Below are positions 28,477 to 38,102 of a stretch of DNA of 60,889 nt, piece by piece. Numbering within the stretch: position 1 is the stretch's first letter; each line of letters begins with the position of its first letter. Made by a program: the position numbers and the translations under genes. Under the pieces are notes generated by a model that did no database searches, was not told the DNA's origin, and was given only the letters and a program-made list of their open reading frames with translations. The stretch comes from an uncultured virus (IMG/VR IMGVR_UViG_3300042363_000729). Lineage: Duplodnaviria; Heunggongvirae; Uroviricota; Caudoviricetes. The DNA is taken from positions 62,001-122,889 of IMG/VR virus record IMGVR_UViG_3300042363_000729; one strand, 5' to 3'.

Positions 28477-30267
28477 ATGGCTTATGTAATTAACTTAACT
28501 GACGGCAGCACGTTTGCAACAATCGCAGACGGTACCGTCAACACTGCCAGTAGCATGATATTGGTGGGTAAAAACTACGCCGGTTACGGCGAGTTTTTAG
28601 ACGAAAACTTTATTCACTTGCTAGAATGTGGATCAAACACCACAGCACCGGCAGCACCGCTGACTGGGCAACTGTGGTGGGACAAGACCAACAACTTGCT
28701 CAAAGTCTATAACGGCACAACATTTAAAACAATTTCAGCGGCAACTGCAAGTGCAACAGCACCTACTTCCAACGTTGCTGGTGACCTGTGGTACGATTCA
28801 GTTAACCAACAGTTGAAAGTCTACACTGGAGCGGCATTTATTGTAGTTGGTCCAGCATTCACAAGCTCACAAGGTACTACTGGTGCTATTCCTGAAACCA
28901 TTAATGACTCTGGTTCCACCCCGCACTTTATTACCAGCTTGTATGTTAACTCAACACGAGTAGCTATTGTTAGTAAAGACGCCAGCTTTACCCCAGCGGC
29001 ACCTATTAACACAACCTTTCCCACAATCTTTTGCGGTATCACACTGGCCAGTTCTGGTCTGGGTGCCACTGCTGTGTTTGCTGGTAGTGCAACCAACGCC
29101 CAGTTGCTTGACAACTTGGACAGCACTGACTTCATGCGAGCCACAGCCAACACTGCAACCACTGGTACTGTCAAGGTATTGAATGACACTGGTTTCTTTG
29201 TTGGTACAGCCAACGTATTCAACGTCAACACCACAGCCACTGATGCCAATATCAAGAGTGATATTTCAGGCGGTAACTTGCGTATTCAAGCCAACGTGGG
29301 CGGAACTACATTTACTGTGGCTCAGGCCCTGGGTGCCACTGGTGTATTTGCCGTGAGCAATGCAATGACCGTGGGCACCACAGCCAGCGTGACTGGTAAC
29401 ATCACTGGCGGTAACATTGTCACTGCTGGTTTGGTAACATCAACTGGTAACGTTCGTGGTGGTAACATTGTTAGTGTTGCAACAGTTTCGGGCGTTAGTA
29501 TTGTGGCCAGCGGTAACGTTGACGGCGGTAACATTCAAACTTCTGGTTTGGTCAGCGCCACAGGTAACGTTACATCAGCCGCTAATATTGCTGGTACATA
29601 TTTCATTGGTAACGGTTCGCAACTGACAGGCTTGAGCTTGGGTGTTAGCGTTACCAAATTCGTTAACGGTACCACTGAAGGTAACGTTGGTGCCACAAAC
29701 GGTAACATCAACTTCAACGTGGGCGGTGTAGCCAACGTTGTGGTAATTGACACAAACACTGTGTATGCCAACATTGTTAGTGTGCGATCAATTGCCAAGA
29801 CTGGTACCAACGCAGTTGGTAACATTGGTTCTAGTTCCAACTACTTTAACCAAGTGTTTGCCACAGCCACAACAGCCTTGTACGCTGACGTTGCAGAACG
29901 CTTTGAAGCTGATGAATTGCTTGAGCCTGGCACAGTTGTTGAACTGGGCGGTGTCAAAGAAATCACACGTTCCACAACTGATTTGAGTGAAAATGTGTTT
30001 GGCGTGATAAGTACTAGACCAGCATACACCATGAACGGTGGCGCAGGCGAAGATGACACTCACCCCAAGGTAGCTATGACTGGTCGAGTACCAGTAAAAG
30101 TCATTGGCTACATCAAGAAAGGCGACAGATTGGTGTCTGCAGGTGAAGGCCTAGCAAGATCTGCCGCACCTGGTGAAGCAACAGCTTTCAACACAATTGG
30201 CCGAGCCTTGGTTGACAAACACACCCCAGAATCAGGTACAATTGAAGCTATTGTAACAATAAAATAA
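28477..30267 (+). CDS. Tail fibre with C-terminal intramolecular chaperone (peptidase G2/S74-like autocleavage domain)
   Basis: Two GQLWWD/GDLWYD repeats and GN(V/I)xGGNI beta-helix repeats. C-terminal YADVAERFEADELLEPGTVVELGG...VFGVIST...VAMTGRVPVKV...GDRLVS. Confidence 0.8.
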   Translation: MAYVINLTDGSTFATIADGTVNTASSMILVGKNYAGYGEFLDENFIHLLECGSNTTAPAAPLTGQLWWDKTNNLLKVYNGTTFKTISAATASATAPTSNVAGDLWYDSVNQQLKVYTGAAFIVVGPAFTSSQGTTGAIPETINDSGSTPHFITSLYVNSTRVAIVSKDASFTPAAPINTTFPTIFCGITLASSGLGATAVFAGSATNAQLLDNLDSTDFMRATANTATTGTVKVLNDTGFFVGTANVFNVNTTATDANIKSDISGGNLRIQANVGGTTFTVAQALGATGVFAVSNAMTVGTTASVTGNITGGNIVTAGLVTSTGNVRGGNIVSVATVSGVSIVASGNVDGGNIQTSGLVSATGNVTSAANIAGTYFIGNGSQLTGLSLGVSVTKFVNGTTEGNVGATNGNINFNVGGVANVVVIDTNTVYANIVSVRSIAKTGTNAVGNIGSSSNYFNQVFATATTALYADVAERFEADELLEPGTVVELGGVKEITRSTTDLSENVFGVISTRPAYTMNGGAGEDDTHPKVAMTGRVPVKVIGYIKKGDRLVSAGEGLARSAAPGEATAFNTIGRALVDKHTPESGTIEAIVTIK

Positions 30268-30280
30268 GTAGGAAACAGGA

Positions 30281-31237
30281 ATGACATACGTATCCGCAGG
30301 ATTAATACAGGCCACAGACTACAATGGTTTTGTAAGTACCAATGGCGCCAACGTCAATGCTATTTGGAGTACCGGCACTAGTGATCGTGGATATGGTCAA
30401 TCTGCTATTACCACGGTAAGCGCCGCAGGAACAGTGTCAGCTACACAATGGGCCAGTTTGGTAAACACATTGGCTTCAATTGGCAGTCAGCAAAACACAT
30501 CAATTGTTCCTAGAACAGCACCAACTACCGGTACGCTGGTTAGTATTTTGCCCACTATCAGCACTGACATCACCAACCTAACAACGTTAAGAAACAATGC
30601 TGTGGCAGTGGGTGCTCAATTTACCGGCTGGTCAGGAACAAACTCAAAAACAGCCGCAACATCGGGCGCTACCTGGACCATTACTTTTACCAATACAATT
30701 ACCTGGGCCAGTGCAGATGCCGCACGTTACTTCTTCAACGCTGGCGGATTGGTCAAACTAGATGTAAGCAAAACTGCTACTGGTGCGCTGGGCGATCCTG
30801 AATGGAACGACTTGGCCAACACGCTTTGCGGTGATATCTATATTTCTGGCGCGGCAGCCAGCCATACCATTGCTGGCACAGCATACACCGGCGTGACCAA
30901 GGTTGGTGGTGCTGGTTTACCAAACACCCTGGCAACTACTCTGGGTTGGTACAACCTTACGACAACAAACCAAATTATCTACAAGCAGTTTGCTGACACA
31001 GCCCCATACACCAACAACTTTATCCAACATTCAGCACGTACAGCTGGAACAGGTACACAGTTGATCATAACCACATTATGGTCAGCTAGTGACGGTGATG
31101 CAATTTCGGGTGGTACTGCAAGTTCGGGTGCAACACCTGGCACAGCACCAACAACCATTGCCACCTATTTCCCGCCCAGCACAACTTATCTAAGCAACAG
31201 CTGGGGCACACCCACTGTAGCGGCAACAACAACTTAA
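30281..31237 (+). CDS. Thr/Ala/Gly-rich virion structural protein (fibre-associated)
   Basis: 318 aa dominated by T/A/G/S, with motif ARYFFNAGG. Last gene before the terminator; ATAAGTA lies upstream at 30264-30270. Confidence 0.55.
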   Translation: MTYVSAGLIQATDYNGFVSTNGANVNAIWSTGTSDRGYGQSAITTVSAAGTVSATQWASLVNTLASIGSQQNTSIVPRTAPTTGTLVSILPTISTDITNLTTLRNNAVAVGAQFTGWSGTNSKTAATSGATWTITFTNTITWASADAARYFFNAGGLVKLDVSKTATGALGDPEWNDLANTLCGDIYISGAAASHTIAGTAYTGVTKVGGAGLPNTLATTLGWYNLTTTNQIIYKQFADTAPYTNNFIQHSARTAGTGTQLIITTLWSASDGDAISGGTASSGATPGTAPTTIATYFPPSTTYLSNSWGTPTVAATTT

Positions 31238-31242
31238 TCCAA

Positions 31243-31262
31243 AAAGGGGCAATTGCCCCTTT
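31243..31262 (+). terminator. Intrinsic terminator-like hairpin; perfect 20-bp palindrome
   Basis: AAAGGGGC-AATT-GCCCCTTT followed by ACTTTT, 5 nt after the last structural gene. Confidence 0.75.
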
Positions 31263-31288
31263 ACTTTTCCCTGAAATTTTGTTATAAT
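31260..31288 (+). promoter_or_regulatory. Sigma70-type promoter with extended -10, probably leaderless
   Basis: TTTACT (31260-65), 17-bp spacer, TG-T-TATAAT (-10 at 31283-88). ATG follows 5 nt later with no SD. Confidence 0.75.
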
Positions 31289-31293
31289 ACAGC

Positions 31294-31602
31294 ATGGATA
31301 CCAATGCCTTGATTGCTCACGCACGAGCAAGATTTAATCATGCGGCTTCAAAACGGCTGCTCAAAGAAAAGTACGAAGCTCGGATGCTGTTTGCCTATGC
31401 TGGCGGCATGTGGCGTGCTGGCCCAGAATTACTGGCCCTGCTACAAAGTGTGCCTGTTGAAGATGATATTGTGTTACTGGACTTGTATGAAAATCCTGTA
31501 AAAGTATCACCACTAGAACTACAACACCTAGCAATGCAACGTTGGCAAGAGCAAATGAATGCTTGGTTAGTAGAACATGAAGAAAATGCTAGCAAACGAT
31601 GA
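31294..31602 (+). CDS. Hypothetical protein, first gene of the glycan operon
   Basis: 102-aa ORF right after the promoter; ATGA overlap with the next gene. Confidence 0.7.
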   Translation: MDTNALIAHARARFNHAASKRLLKEKYEARMLFAYAGGMWRAGPELLALLQSVPVEDDIVLLDLYENPVKVSPLELQHLAMQRWQEQMNAWLVEHEENASKR

Positions 31603-32429
31603 CTACTGGCGCACTGATATTTGCATTCGACAATGAACAAACCGATTATGTTGCTATGGCTGGATGGAGTGCTGAAAACATTCACCGGCACCTTGACATT
31701 CCAGTGGCCGTTGTTACCAATGCCCCAGACCAAGCACGAGCGTACTCAGGAATTGATAGAGTCATTGAAGCGGTACCTGAATCTGGGGGAACCCGTTATT
31801 TTGAGGATTATCAAAGTACTGTTACATGGCACAACGCTGGTCGTGTGGACGCCTATGCGCTTTCGCCGTGGGAACGGACCTTGGTACTAGATGCTGACTA
31901 TGTTGTGGCCAGTTCACAGCTACGTCCAGTTCTAAACAGCAATCAAGAATTTTTGTGCTACAAAAATGCCATGAGTGTAAACGGTGATCTAGACGGGCTC
32001 AATGTATTTGGGCAACATCGTTTTCCCATGTGGTGGGCTACAGTAATGTATTTTCAAAAATGCAACCATGCCAAGTTTGTATTTGACAGCATGAATATGA
32101 TAAGACAAAACTGGCAACACTACCGTGATATATATGGCATTGATCGCAAAACATATCGCAATGACTTTGCGCTGAGTATTGCACTGGGAATAGTAAGTGG
32201 GCACACTCTGGACGTAGATGAGATTCCTGGGTCTTTGGTCAGTGTCATGCCTGAACATAGATTAACAAAACTAGACAAGGATTTTTATCAAGTACAGTAT
32301 GCTGACACCCAAGGAAAGCCACAACGTGTGGGCCTGGCAGGCATGGATTTTCATGCCATGGGCAAACGAGATTTAGGAGAGATAGTTGAGACCGATAGCA
32401 GAACAAGGCTTCTTGATAGTTGCCATTAA
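31599..32429 (+). CDS. GT-A fold glycosyltransferase (GT8/GT71-like)
   Basis: GALIFAF...YVAMA N-terminus, SPWERTLVLDAD (DxD) and RNDFALSIA. Confidence 0.7.
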   Translation: MTTGALIFAFDNEQTDYVAMAGWSAENIHRHLDIPVAVVTNAPDQARAYSGIDRVIEAVPESGGTRYFEDYQSTVTWHNAGRVDAYALSPWERTLVLDADYVVASSQLRPVLNSNQEFLCYKNAMSVNGDLDGLNVFGQHRFPMWWATVMYFQKCNHAKFVFDSMNMIRQNWQHYRDIYGIDRKTYRNDFALSIALGIVSGHTLDVDEIPGSLVSVMPEHRLTKLDKDFYQVQYADTQGKPQRVGLAGMDFHAMGKRDLGEIVETDSRTRLLDSCH

Positions 32430-33171
32430 CACACCCGAATGTAACTATGTGAATTGCGCCGATTCCTTGGCCAAGAGCATCAAGTACTATCATCCTGACG
32501 CTCAGATTTGCCTGCTTACAAATGAAGATGTGCAACCAAGCAAGATGATTGATTATGTTCGCCCGTTTCCCTATCCCTTGGTAGAGGATGCTTGGGCCAA
32601 TGACTGGCAAGTGTTCCGTGCCAGTCCTTTTAGAGAAACAATCAAACTAGAAGCAGATATGCTGATCACCAGACCCGTGGATTACTGGTGGACTATCTTG
32701 CGCAACCGTGATGTTGTAGTAAGCACAGGCTGTAGAGATTGGCAAAACCGCCGTGCCAGTTCGCGTCACTATCGTCAGGTGTTTGATGCCAACAACTTGC
32801 CTGACGTTTACAACGCTATTACATACTGGAGACTGAGCAAAACTGCACAGGAATTCTTTGACACAGTGCGCATGATCTTTGAAAATTGGGCGGACTATCG
32901 TGCGCTGTTGAAGTTTCCTGAAGAAAAAGCCAGCACAGATGTTGTCTACGCTATGGCGGCCAATATTATTGGTCCTGAACGTTGCACCATGCCCTTTGCC
33001 AGCTACCCACAAATTGTACACATGAAGCGCCATGTCATTGCCGGCCAGCGAGAAAAATGGCAAGATGAATTGCTGTGGGAATACAATGATTACATCATGC
33101 GTATCAATACCATAATGCAGTGGAATCCATTTCACTATCATCACAAAGAATGGATCAATGACACAAGATGA
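32386..33171 (+). CDS. GT-A fold glycosyltransferase-like paralogue
   Basis: GFLIVA...YVNCADSLAKSIK, SPFRETIKLEAD (ExD variant), STDVVYAMA and IVHMK; aligns by eye with the previous gene. Confidence 0.65.
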   Translation: MRPIAEQGFLIVAINTPECNYVNCADSLAKSIKYYHPDAQICLLTNEDVQPSKMIDYVRPFPYPLVEDAWANDWQVFRASPFRETIKLEADMLITRPVDYWWTILRNRDVVVSTGCRDWQNRRASSRHYRQVFDANNLPDVYNAITYWRLSKTAQEFFDTVRMIFENWADYRALLKFPEEKASTDVVYAMAANIIGPERCTMPFASYPQIVHMKRHVIAGQREKWQDELLWEYNDYIMRINTIMQWNPFHYHHKEWINDTR

Positions 33172-33493
33172 ATTTTTAAACATCTGGCTGGACGTTCCCA
33201 AGCCCCAGCCAGTGTTTTATCGACTGTATCACGACAGCACTGGTGTGCCGTTATTCTACAGCATGGAAGATAGCCCCGGTACATACATTGAAATAGATCA
33301 AGCGACCTTTGCTCGCAATCAATTCAACGTGCGAGTACGGGACAGCAAGCTGGTAGAAATCACCTGGAAGACTTCTGCTAAGTTAGTGCCCAGTGATACA
33401 GGAACACCGTGTCATCCACAGGATGTCACAATAGTTGTTGGTGAAGACAACCCACATCAAAAATGGAGCAAGAGAATATATGAAGGAAATTGA
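33158..33493 (+). CDS. Hypothetical protein
   Basis: 111-aa ORF overlapping both neighbours in the operon. Confidence 0.65.
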   Translation: MTQDEFLNIWLDVPKPQPVFYRLYHDSTGVPLFYSMEDSPGTYIEIDQATFARNQFNVRVRDSKLVEITWKTSAKLVPSDTGTPCHPQDVTIVVGEDNPHQKWSKRIYEGN

Positions 33494-34403
33494 CGTTGCA
33501 GACCTAGACTGCATCTATCTAAGCTATGATGAACCTAACCGAGAAGAATTTTGGGTCAAGATTAAAAACATGGTTCCCTGGGCCAAGCGTGTGGATGGCA
33601 TCAAAGGATCAGACGCCGCACACAAAGCAGCCGCCAGGGCCAGTGACACTGATCGTTTTGTTCTTGTTGATGGCGATAACATCCCTAACGGAACTTTTTT
33701 TAATCAAACGCTGGTACTTTCTACGCCGGAACATGAGAATGCTGTGTTCCGCTGGCGTGCTCGTAATCATATCAACGGATTGATGTATGGCAATGGTGGC
33801 CTCAGTAGTTGGACACGAGAATTTGTGTTGAACATGAAAACACACGAAGCCAGTGACGGAAGTGTTGACACCCAAGTTGAGTTTTGCTTTGATCCCTTGT
33901 ACTGGGCCATGCATGATTGCTACTCAACAACATATCCCAATGGATCCCCATTCCATGCTTGGCGTGCGGGGTTTCGTGAAGGTGTTAAGATGTGTTTGCA
34001 ACGTGGACGCCGCCCCAGTATTGACGAGTTCAAAGGACAAGTACTTAGAAATTTGGACAACATGACCATATGGCACAACGTGGGCGCAGATGTTGAATAC
34101 GGTGAGTGGGCCATTACCGGGGCTAGACAAGGTACCTACATGACCATGCTCACAAACTGGGATCATATACAGGTGCAGGACTTTGACGCTCTTGCTGATC
34201 TGTGGTTAACAGTAAAGGACAGTCAGCCTCGTATACTTGCCAACCAGTTGGGTCCAGAACTGGGCACACAACTAGACCTGCCCATGGCCATATTAGAAGC
34301 TGAACAATCAGCGTTTTTCAAACATCACTACAATTCACAGTGGCAAAACCGTGGGGTAATGACTCGTGAAATAGATGTAATTAGACAACAAGAAGGATGG
34401 TAA
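33480..34403 (+). CDS. GT-A fold glycosyltransferase-like protein
   Basis: DCIYLSYDEPN...RVDGIKGSDAAHKAAA...FVLVDGD (DxD)...YGNGG...AWRAGFREGVKM. ATG at 33480 is preferred over the upstream TTG. Confidence 0.65.
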   Translation: MKEIDVADLDCIYLSYDEPNREEFWVKIKNMVPWAKRVDGIKGSDAAHKAAARASDTDRFVLVDGDNIPNGTFFNQTLVLSTPEHENAVFRWRARNHINGLMYGNGGLSSWTREFVLNMKTHEASDGSVDTQVEFCFDPLYWAMHDCYSTTYPNGSPFHAWRAGFREGVKMCLQRGRRPSIDEFKGQVLRNLDNMTIWHNVGADVEYGEWAITGARQGTYMTMLTNWDHIQVQDFDALADLWLTVKDSQPRILANQLGPELGTQLDLPMAILEAEQSAFFKHHYNSQWQNRGVMTREIDVIRQQEGW

Positions 34404-34406
34404 TCA

Positions 34407-35327
34407 ATGAAAAAATTAATAGCAACACTTTTGACTGTATTGGCATTGCAGGCCCATGCACAAGTAATCACACTCAAATCTCCATACAATGCACAGCATG
34501 CTGGACATTCGGCCATATACAAGATATTTGAGCATGCTAACTCTAGCCAAAAGAAATACACGTTCATGCTAGAACTCAAACCTGGAGGACAAGGTACTAT
34601 TGCGTTGAAAGACATGGACAGGACTCCAGCCACAGCACTAGGGCTGATTGCCGCGCCCTATGTACAAAATACCATCGACGGTGTATTAAACGAAGCAGAC
34701 TACGTGCCTGTTACCAGTTTGGGAGATGCTTGTTGGTTCATTATTAGCAACGTGGGAGATGAAAAAGAAGGGGTCAAGAGTTTGCTATCTGCTTCTCCTG
34801 ACTTGGTGGGTAGTGTTGTGGGCATTGGTTCAGCAACACACTTGGCAATGATAGAAATCAGCGACAAATTAAACAGACCTTACAGATACGTTAATTTTAA
34901 AAGTGCGGCTGAGGGCAATGTGTTGTTAGCTGGAAACAATGGTGTCAACTTTGGTATTGCACCCAATGCAGAGTTTTTGAACTTAAAAAATATTAATCCA
35001 AGCATGCAACGTCTTGCCATGCATTGCGAACGTAGACATCCACAAGCACCGCATGTGGCCACCACACGTCAACAAGGTATTGATGCACCGTATGTGTTTA
35101 ATACTGTGTTGGCCAGTGTAAACATGCCTGTAGAACGCCGACAAGAAATTAAAACTATACTAGATAACGCTATACTAGCAATTGGGCAAGATCAAATCTT
35201 GGCAATTAGTGACTTTAATCCGCCAGTGTTTAGGCAACTCAATGTGGAAGAATACCACAAACAGAAAATGGTTGCAATGAAACGTGCATTGACCAAACAT
35301 CGTTCAAAAATTGAGGCTGCAAAATGA
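34407..35327 (+). CDS. TctC/Bug-family tripartite tricarboxylate transporter substrate-binding protein-like
   Basis: Signal peptide (MKKLIATLLTVLALQAHA) and motifs KPGGQGTIA, DYVPV, GIGSATHLA, YVNFKSAAE, RHPQAPHVAT...G. Confidence 0.75.
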   Translation: MKKLIATLLTVLALQAHAQVITLKSPYNAQHAGHSAIYKIFEHANSSQKKYTFMLELKPGGQGTIALKDMDRTPATALGLIAAPYVQNTIDGVLNEADYVPVTSLGDACWFIISNVGDEKEGVKSLLSASPDLVGSVVGIGSATHLAMIEISDKLNRPYRYVNFKSAAEGNVLLAGNNGVNFGIAPNAEFLNLKNINPSMQRLAMHCERRHPQAPHVATTRQQGIDAPYVFNTVLASVNMPVERRQEIKTILDNAILAIGQDQILAISDFNPPVFRQLNVEEYHKQKMVAMKRALTKHRSKIEAAK

Positions 35328-36409
35328 AAAGAGTAGTACTGGCTGTTCCTGACCCTTGGAATTATTTTAATCAATTCCCTGACTACAGCCTAGCCATTAT
35401 TAATCCAGACAGTGATCCTAGCCGCAAACAATATCTATTAGATAATTTAGACTGGAGTTTGTTGGTCACGTGTGATAGCGCACAACATCGCGACGGTGGC
35501 GATTACGGCAACGAACAAATGGTAATGTACACTTCGGGCACCACTGGAGATTCAAAGTTTTTTAGTTATTCTACTACTCAAGTACAGCATGTTGTTGATA
35601 ACATAATTGCCAGCTACGAATTAACAGCCAATGATCGATTTTTAAGTGTCATGCCCTTGTGGCACGGTCACGGACATATCTTAAACTATGTTGTTGCAAA
35701 AGTTGGAATGCAGGTACATCATGCTCGGCTGTCCGACTTGAAAAAACCAATAGAATTTAGCCCAACTTGGGTGTCTGCAATTCCTGACATACTTAGAGTA
35801 ATGTCACGCACCCAAAAATTCCCCAACTTGCGTTTTGCTAGATCAGCTAGTGTTGCATTGCCTGATCAAGTTTTTAATGATTTAAAAACATCTTTTAACA
35901 CCCCGGTGATTGAATCTTTTGGCATGACTGAAGCATGTAGTCATTGCTTTACCAATCCCTTATATGGTGAACAACGTATAGGAACCATTGGACTTCCTGA
36001 CGGGATCAACGCAGACATACGCAACGGCAGCCTATGGCTGCGCGGCCCACAATGTCACACAGCAGATTGGTTTGACACTGAAGACCTGGCCGAGCAAGAT
36101 TCTGCAGGATATTACAAAATACTAGGGCGTAGGTTAGACCGATTAACGTTACATGGGATCAAACTGGATCCATTAAGCATAGAAAATCAATTGTATAATC
36201 TCATACCGCAGTTGACCGAAGTTGCGGTGTTTGGAGAAAACAAAACAATGTGTGTGTATGTTGGCGATGTGGCCCCCAGTCGGGTGCGACAATCATTAAA
36301 TGATATTTCTGCATATTGCAATCCTAAATTTCTCAAACAAGTTGAAAGCATACCTAAAAACACCGCAGGAAAAATATCACGTTCACTGCTAAAGGAAATT
36401 TACAATTGA
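35324..36409 (+). CDS. Adenylate-forming (AMP-binding, acyl-CoA ligase-like) enzyme, compact
   Basis: YTSGTTGDSK P-loop, PLWHGHG, FGMTEA, WFDTEDL, ILGR and IPKNTAGKI. Confidence 0.85.
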   Translation: MKRVVLAVPDPWNYFNQFPDYSLAIINPDSDPSRKQYLLDNLDWSLLVTCDSAQHRDGGDYGNEQMVMYTSGTTGDSKFFSYSTTQVQHVVDNIIASYELTANDRFLSVMPLWHGHGHILNYVVAKVGMQVHHARLSDLKKPIEFSPTWVSAIPDILRVMSRTQKFPNLRFARSASVALPDQVFNDLKTSFNTPVIESFGMTEACSHCFTNPLYGEQRIGTIGLPDGINADIRNGSLWLRGPQCHTADWFDTEDLAEQDSAGYYKILGRRLDRLTLHGIKLDPLSIENQLYNLIPQLTEVAVFGENKTMCVYVGDVAPSRVRQSLNDISAYCNPKFLKQVESIPKNTAGKISRSLLKEIYN

Positions 36410-37116
36410 AAATTCTAGTAAACGGACCCAGTGTGTCACGAGGCCCAGGGTCGTGGCCTTACTTGTTGCAAGAGCACTACACTGCTGACCTTGTTAATTT
36501 GAGTCAAGCAGGTGCTGGAAATACCTACATTCACGAAACTACTGTAGCTGAACTTGCACAACGATCTTATGACCTAGTGGCAATCATGTGGGCAGATCAA
36601 CAGCGCCTGGACATCAAAGTAAAAAACATTGATTATTTTCAAGATACCATCTACACCAGTAAATTCCAAAAAACCATGAACGACTGGCCAGAGAAGATTG
36701 TGGAGCCTGTTAACGACCAAGACTATGTACAAGACAACTGGGTGTTTGGTTGCGGGTATATCAATACCAAGGATCCTTGTTTGGTAGAACTTTTTGACTC
36801 TTATTACCAGCACACTGATGTTGACTCTCGCTACTTTAGCAGTATCATCAAAATGATCAGTCTGCAGGGTGTGCTTAAAAATCTTGGAATAAAGTATGTG
36901 TTCTGTGGTGTACGTACTTTGCCATTGTTGGATCGCTACAAACATCTATATCAGTTACTGGATTGGAATTGCATAATCAACGACTTTACTCCCCATCACG
37001 TGGCCTACCGGGACAACTGCTGGGAACCTGATCAAATCCACCCTGGTCCAGCCGCACACCGAGAATTTGCCGACCACATGATTGCTCAATTTCAACAAAG
37101 ACATACAGTTACATAA
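36406..37116 (+). CDS. SGNH/GDSL-like esterase or acyltransferase
   Basis: ILVNGPSVS (block I-like), NLSQAGAGN and C-terminal DQIHPGPAAH (DxxH). TTG start overlaps the upstream TGA. Confidence 0.6.
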   Translation: MKILVNGPSVSRGPGSWPYLLQEHYTADLVNLSQAGAGNTYIHETTVAELAQRSYDLVAIMWADQQRLDIKVKNIDYFQDTIYTSKFQKTMNDWPEKIVEPVNDQDYVQDNWVFGCGYINTKDPCLVELFDSYYQHTDVDSRYFSSIIKMISLQGVLKNLGIKYVFCGVRTLPLLDRYKHLYQLLDWNCIINDFTPHHVAYRDNCWEPDQIHPGPAAHREFADHMIAQFQQRHTVT

Positions 37117-38102
37117 TGATTAATATTCCGCACATTGATCTTAAGATTTGGAATCCTGAATTCAAAACAATTGAAATTGTTTCAGAGTTACAACAGCACA
37201 GCAGTGTGTCTATCAGCATTGACGGCGAAGGATCTGATTGTGAAACGCTGGGCTTGTATAAACTATTGGATGCAGTATGCAGTAACTTAGGTTACACCCC
37301 CGACGCCATAAGCATACACACTTGCAATCAATTAGAACATCATCCTTGCTATAAAATTATCAAGCATCCACCGTTGTATATTCCCAGCGGGCAACAGTTT
37401 GCAACTCAGCACACGCTACCAGGGAAGCGTTGGGACACATTGAAACATTTTGGTATGTTTATTGGGCGTAGCAGTTGGCAACGACTGTGGATGGCCAGTC
37501 ACACATGGAGTAACTACAGCGATAAAACTGTTATGACGTATCACTATGACAGTAGTGTTGACTATCATCGCACACATTTAAGTTTTGATGAACTAGCACA
37601 TCAAATAGGATTGCCCAAGGCAGTTGATACAGCTGGTAAGTTTATGCAACAATTACCTATCAAAAACGAAGCTGTTGACAGCTATCCTATTCTAACTCCG
37701 GCACACTTTGCCATATCCAAACTGTACCCTGATTTTTTTGTGGAAATAGTATGTGAAACTTTTTTAAGCGGTAACAGCTTCTACCCCACAGAAAAAACCT
37801 GGAGACCTTTTATATGTCGTACACCGTTTTTGACTCTGGGCCCACGTGGCTTTTTGGCAAACTTACATACGCTGGGGTTTAAAACATTCTCTCAGTGGTG
37901 GGACGAAAGCTACGATCAAGACGCAGACCTAGACAACGGACGGGTAGCTATCAACTGCATACAGCAAACACAACAACGCTTGAGCAAATTGAGCACAGTA
38001 GAACTAGAAGGTATGTATATTGACATGAAAGATACTTTAGATTATAACTATCAACACTTCATGCAGTTAAAAGAAAAGGACTTTGCAAAAATATGGCCAT
38101 GA
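37116..38102 (+). CDS. GT10-like ('TEKT') putative glycosyltransferase 1
   Basis: FFVEIVCET...PTEKTWRPF...PFL..G...LHTLGFKTF...DESYD, resembling the GT10 nucleotide-sugar motif. Confidence 0.55.
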   Translation: MINIPHIDLKIWNPEFKTIEIVSELQQHSSVSISIDGEGSDCETLGLYKLLDAVCSNLGYTPDAISIHTCNQLEHHPCYKIIKHPPLYIPSGQQFATQHTLPGKRWDTLKHFGMFIGRSSWQRLWMASHTWSNYSDKTVMTYHYDSSVDYHRTHLSFDELAHQIGLPKAVDTAGKFMQQLPIKNEAVDSYPILTPAHFAISKLYPDFFVEIVCETFLSGNSFYPTEKTWRPFICRTPFLTLGPRGFLANLHTLGFKTFSQWWDESYDQDADLDNGRVAINCIQQTQQRLSKLSTVELEGMYIDMKDTLDYNYQHFMQLKEKDFAKIWP

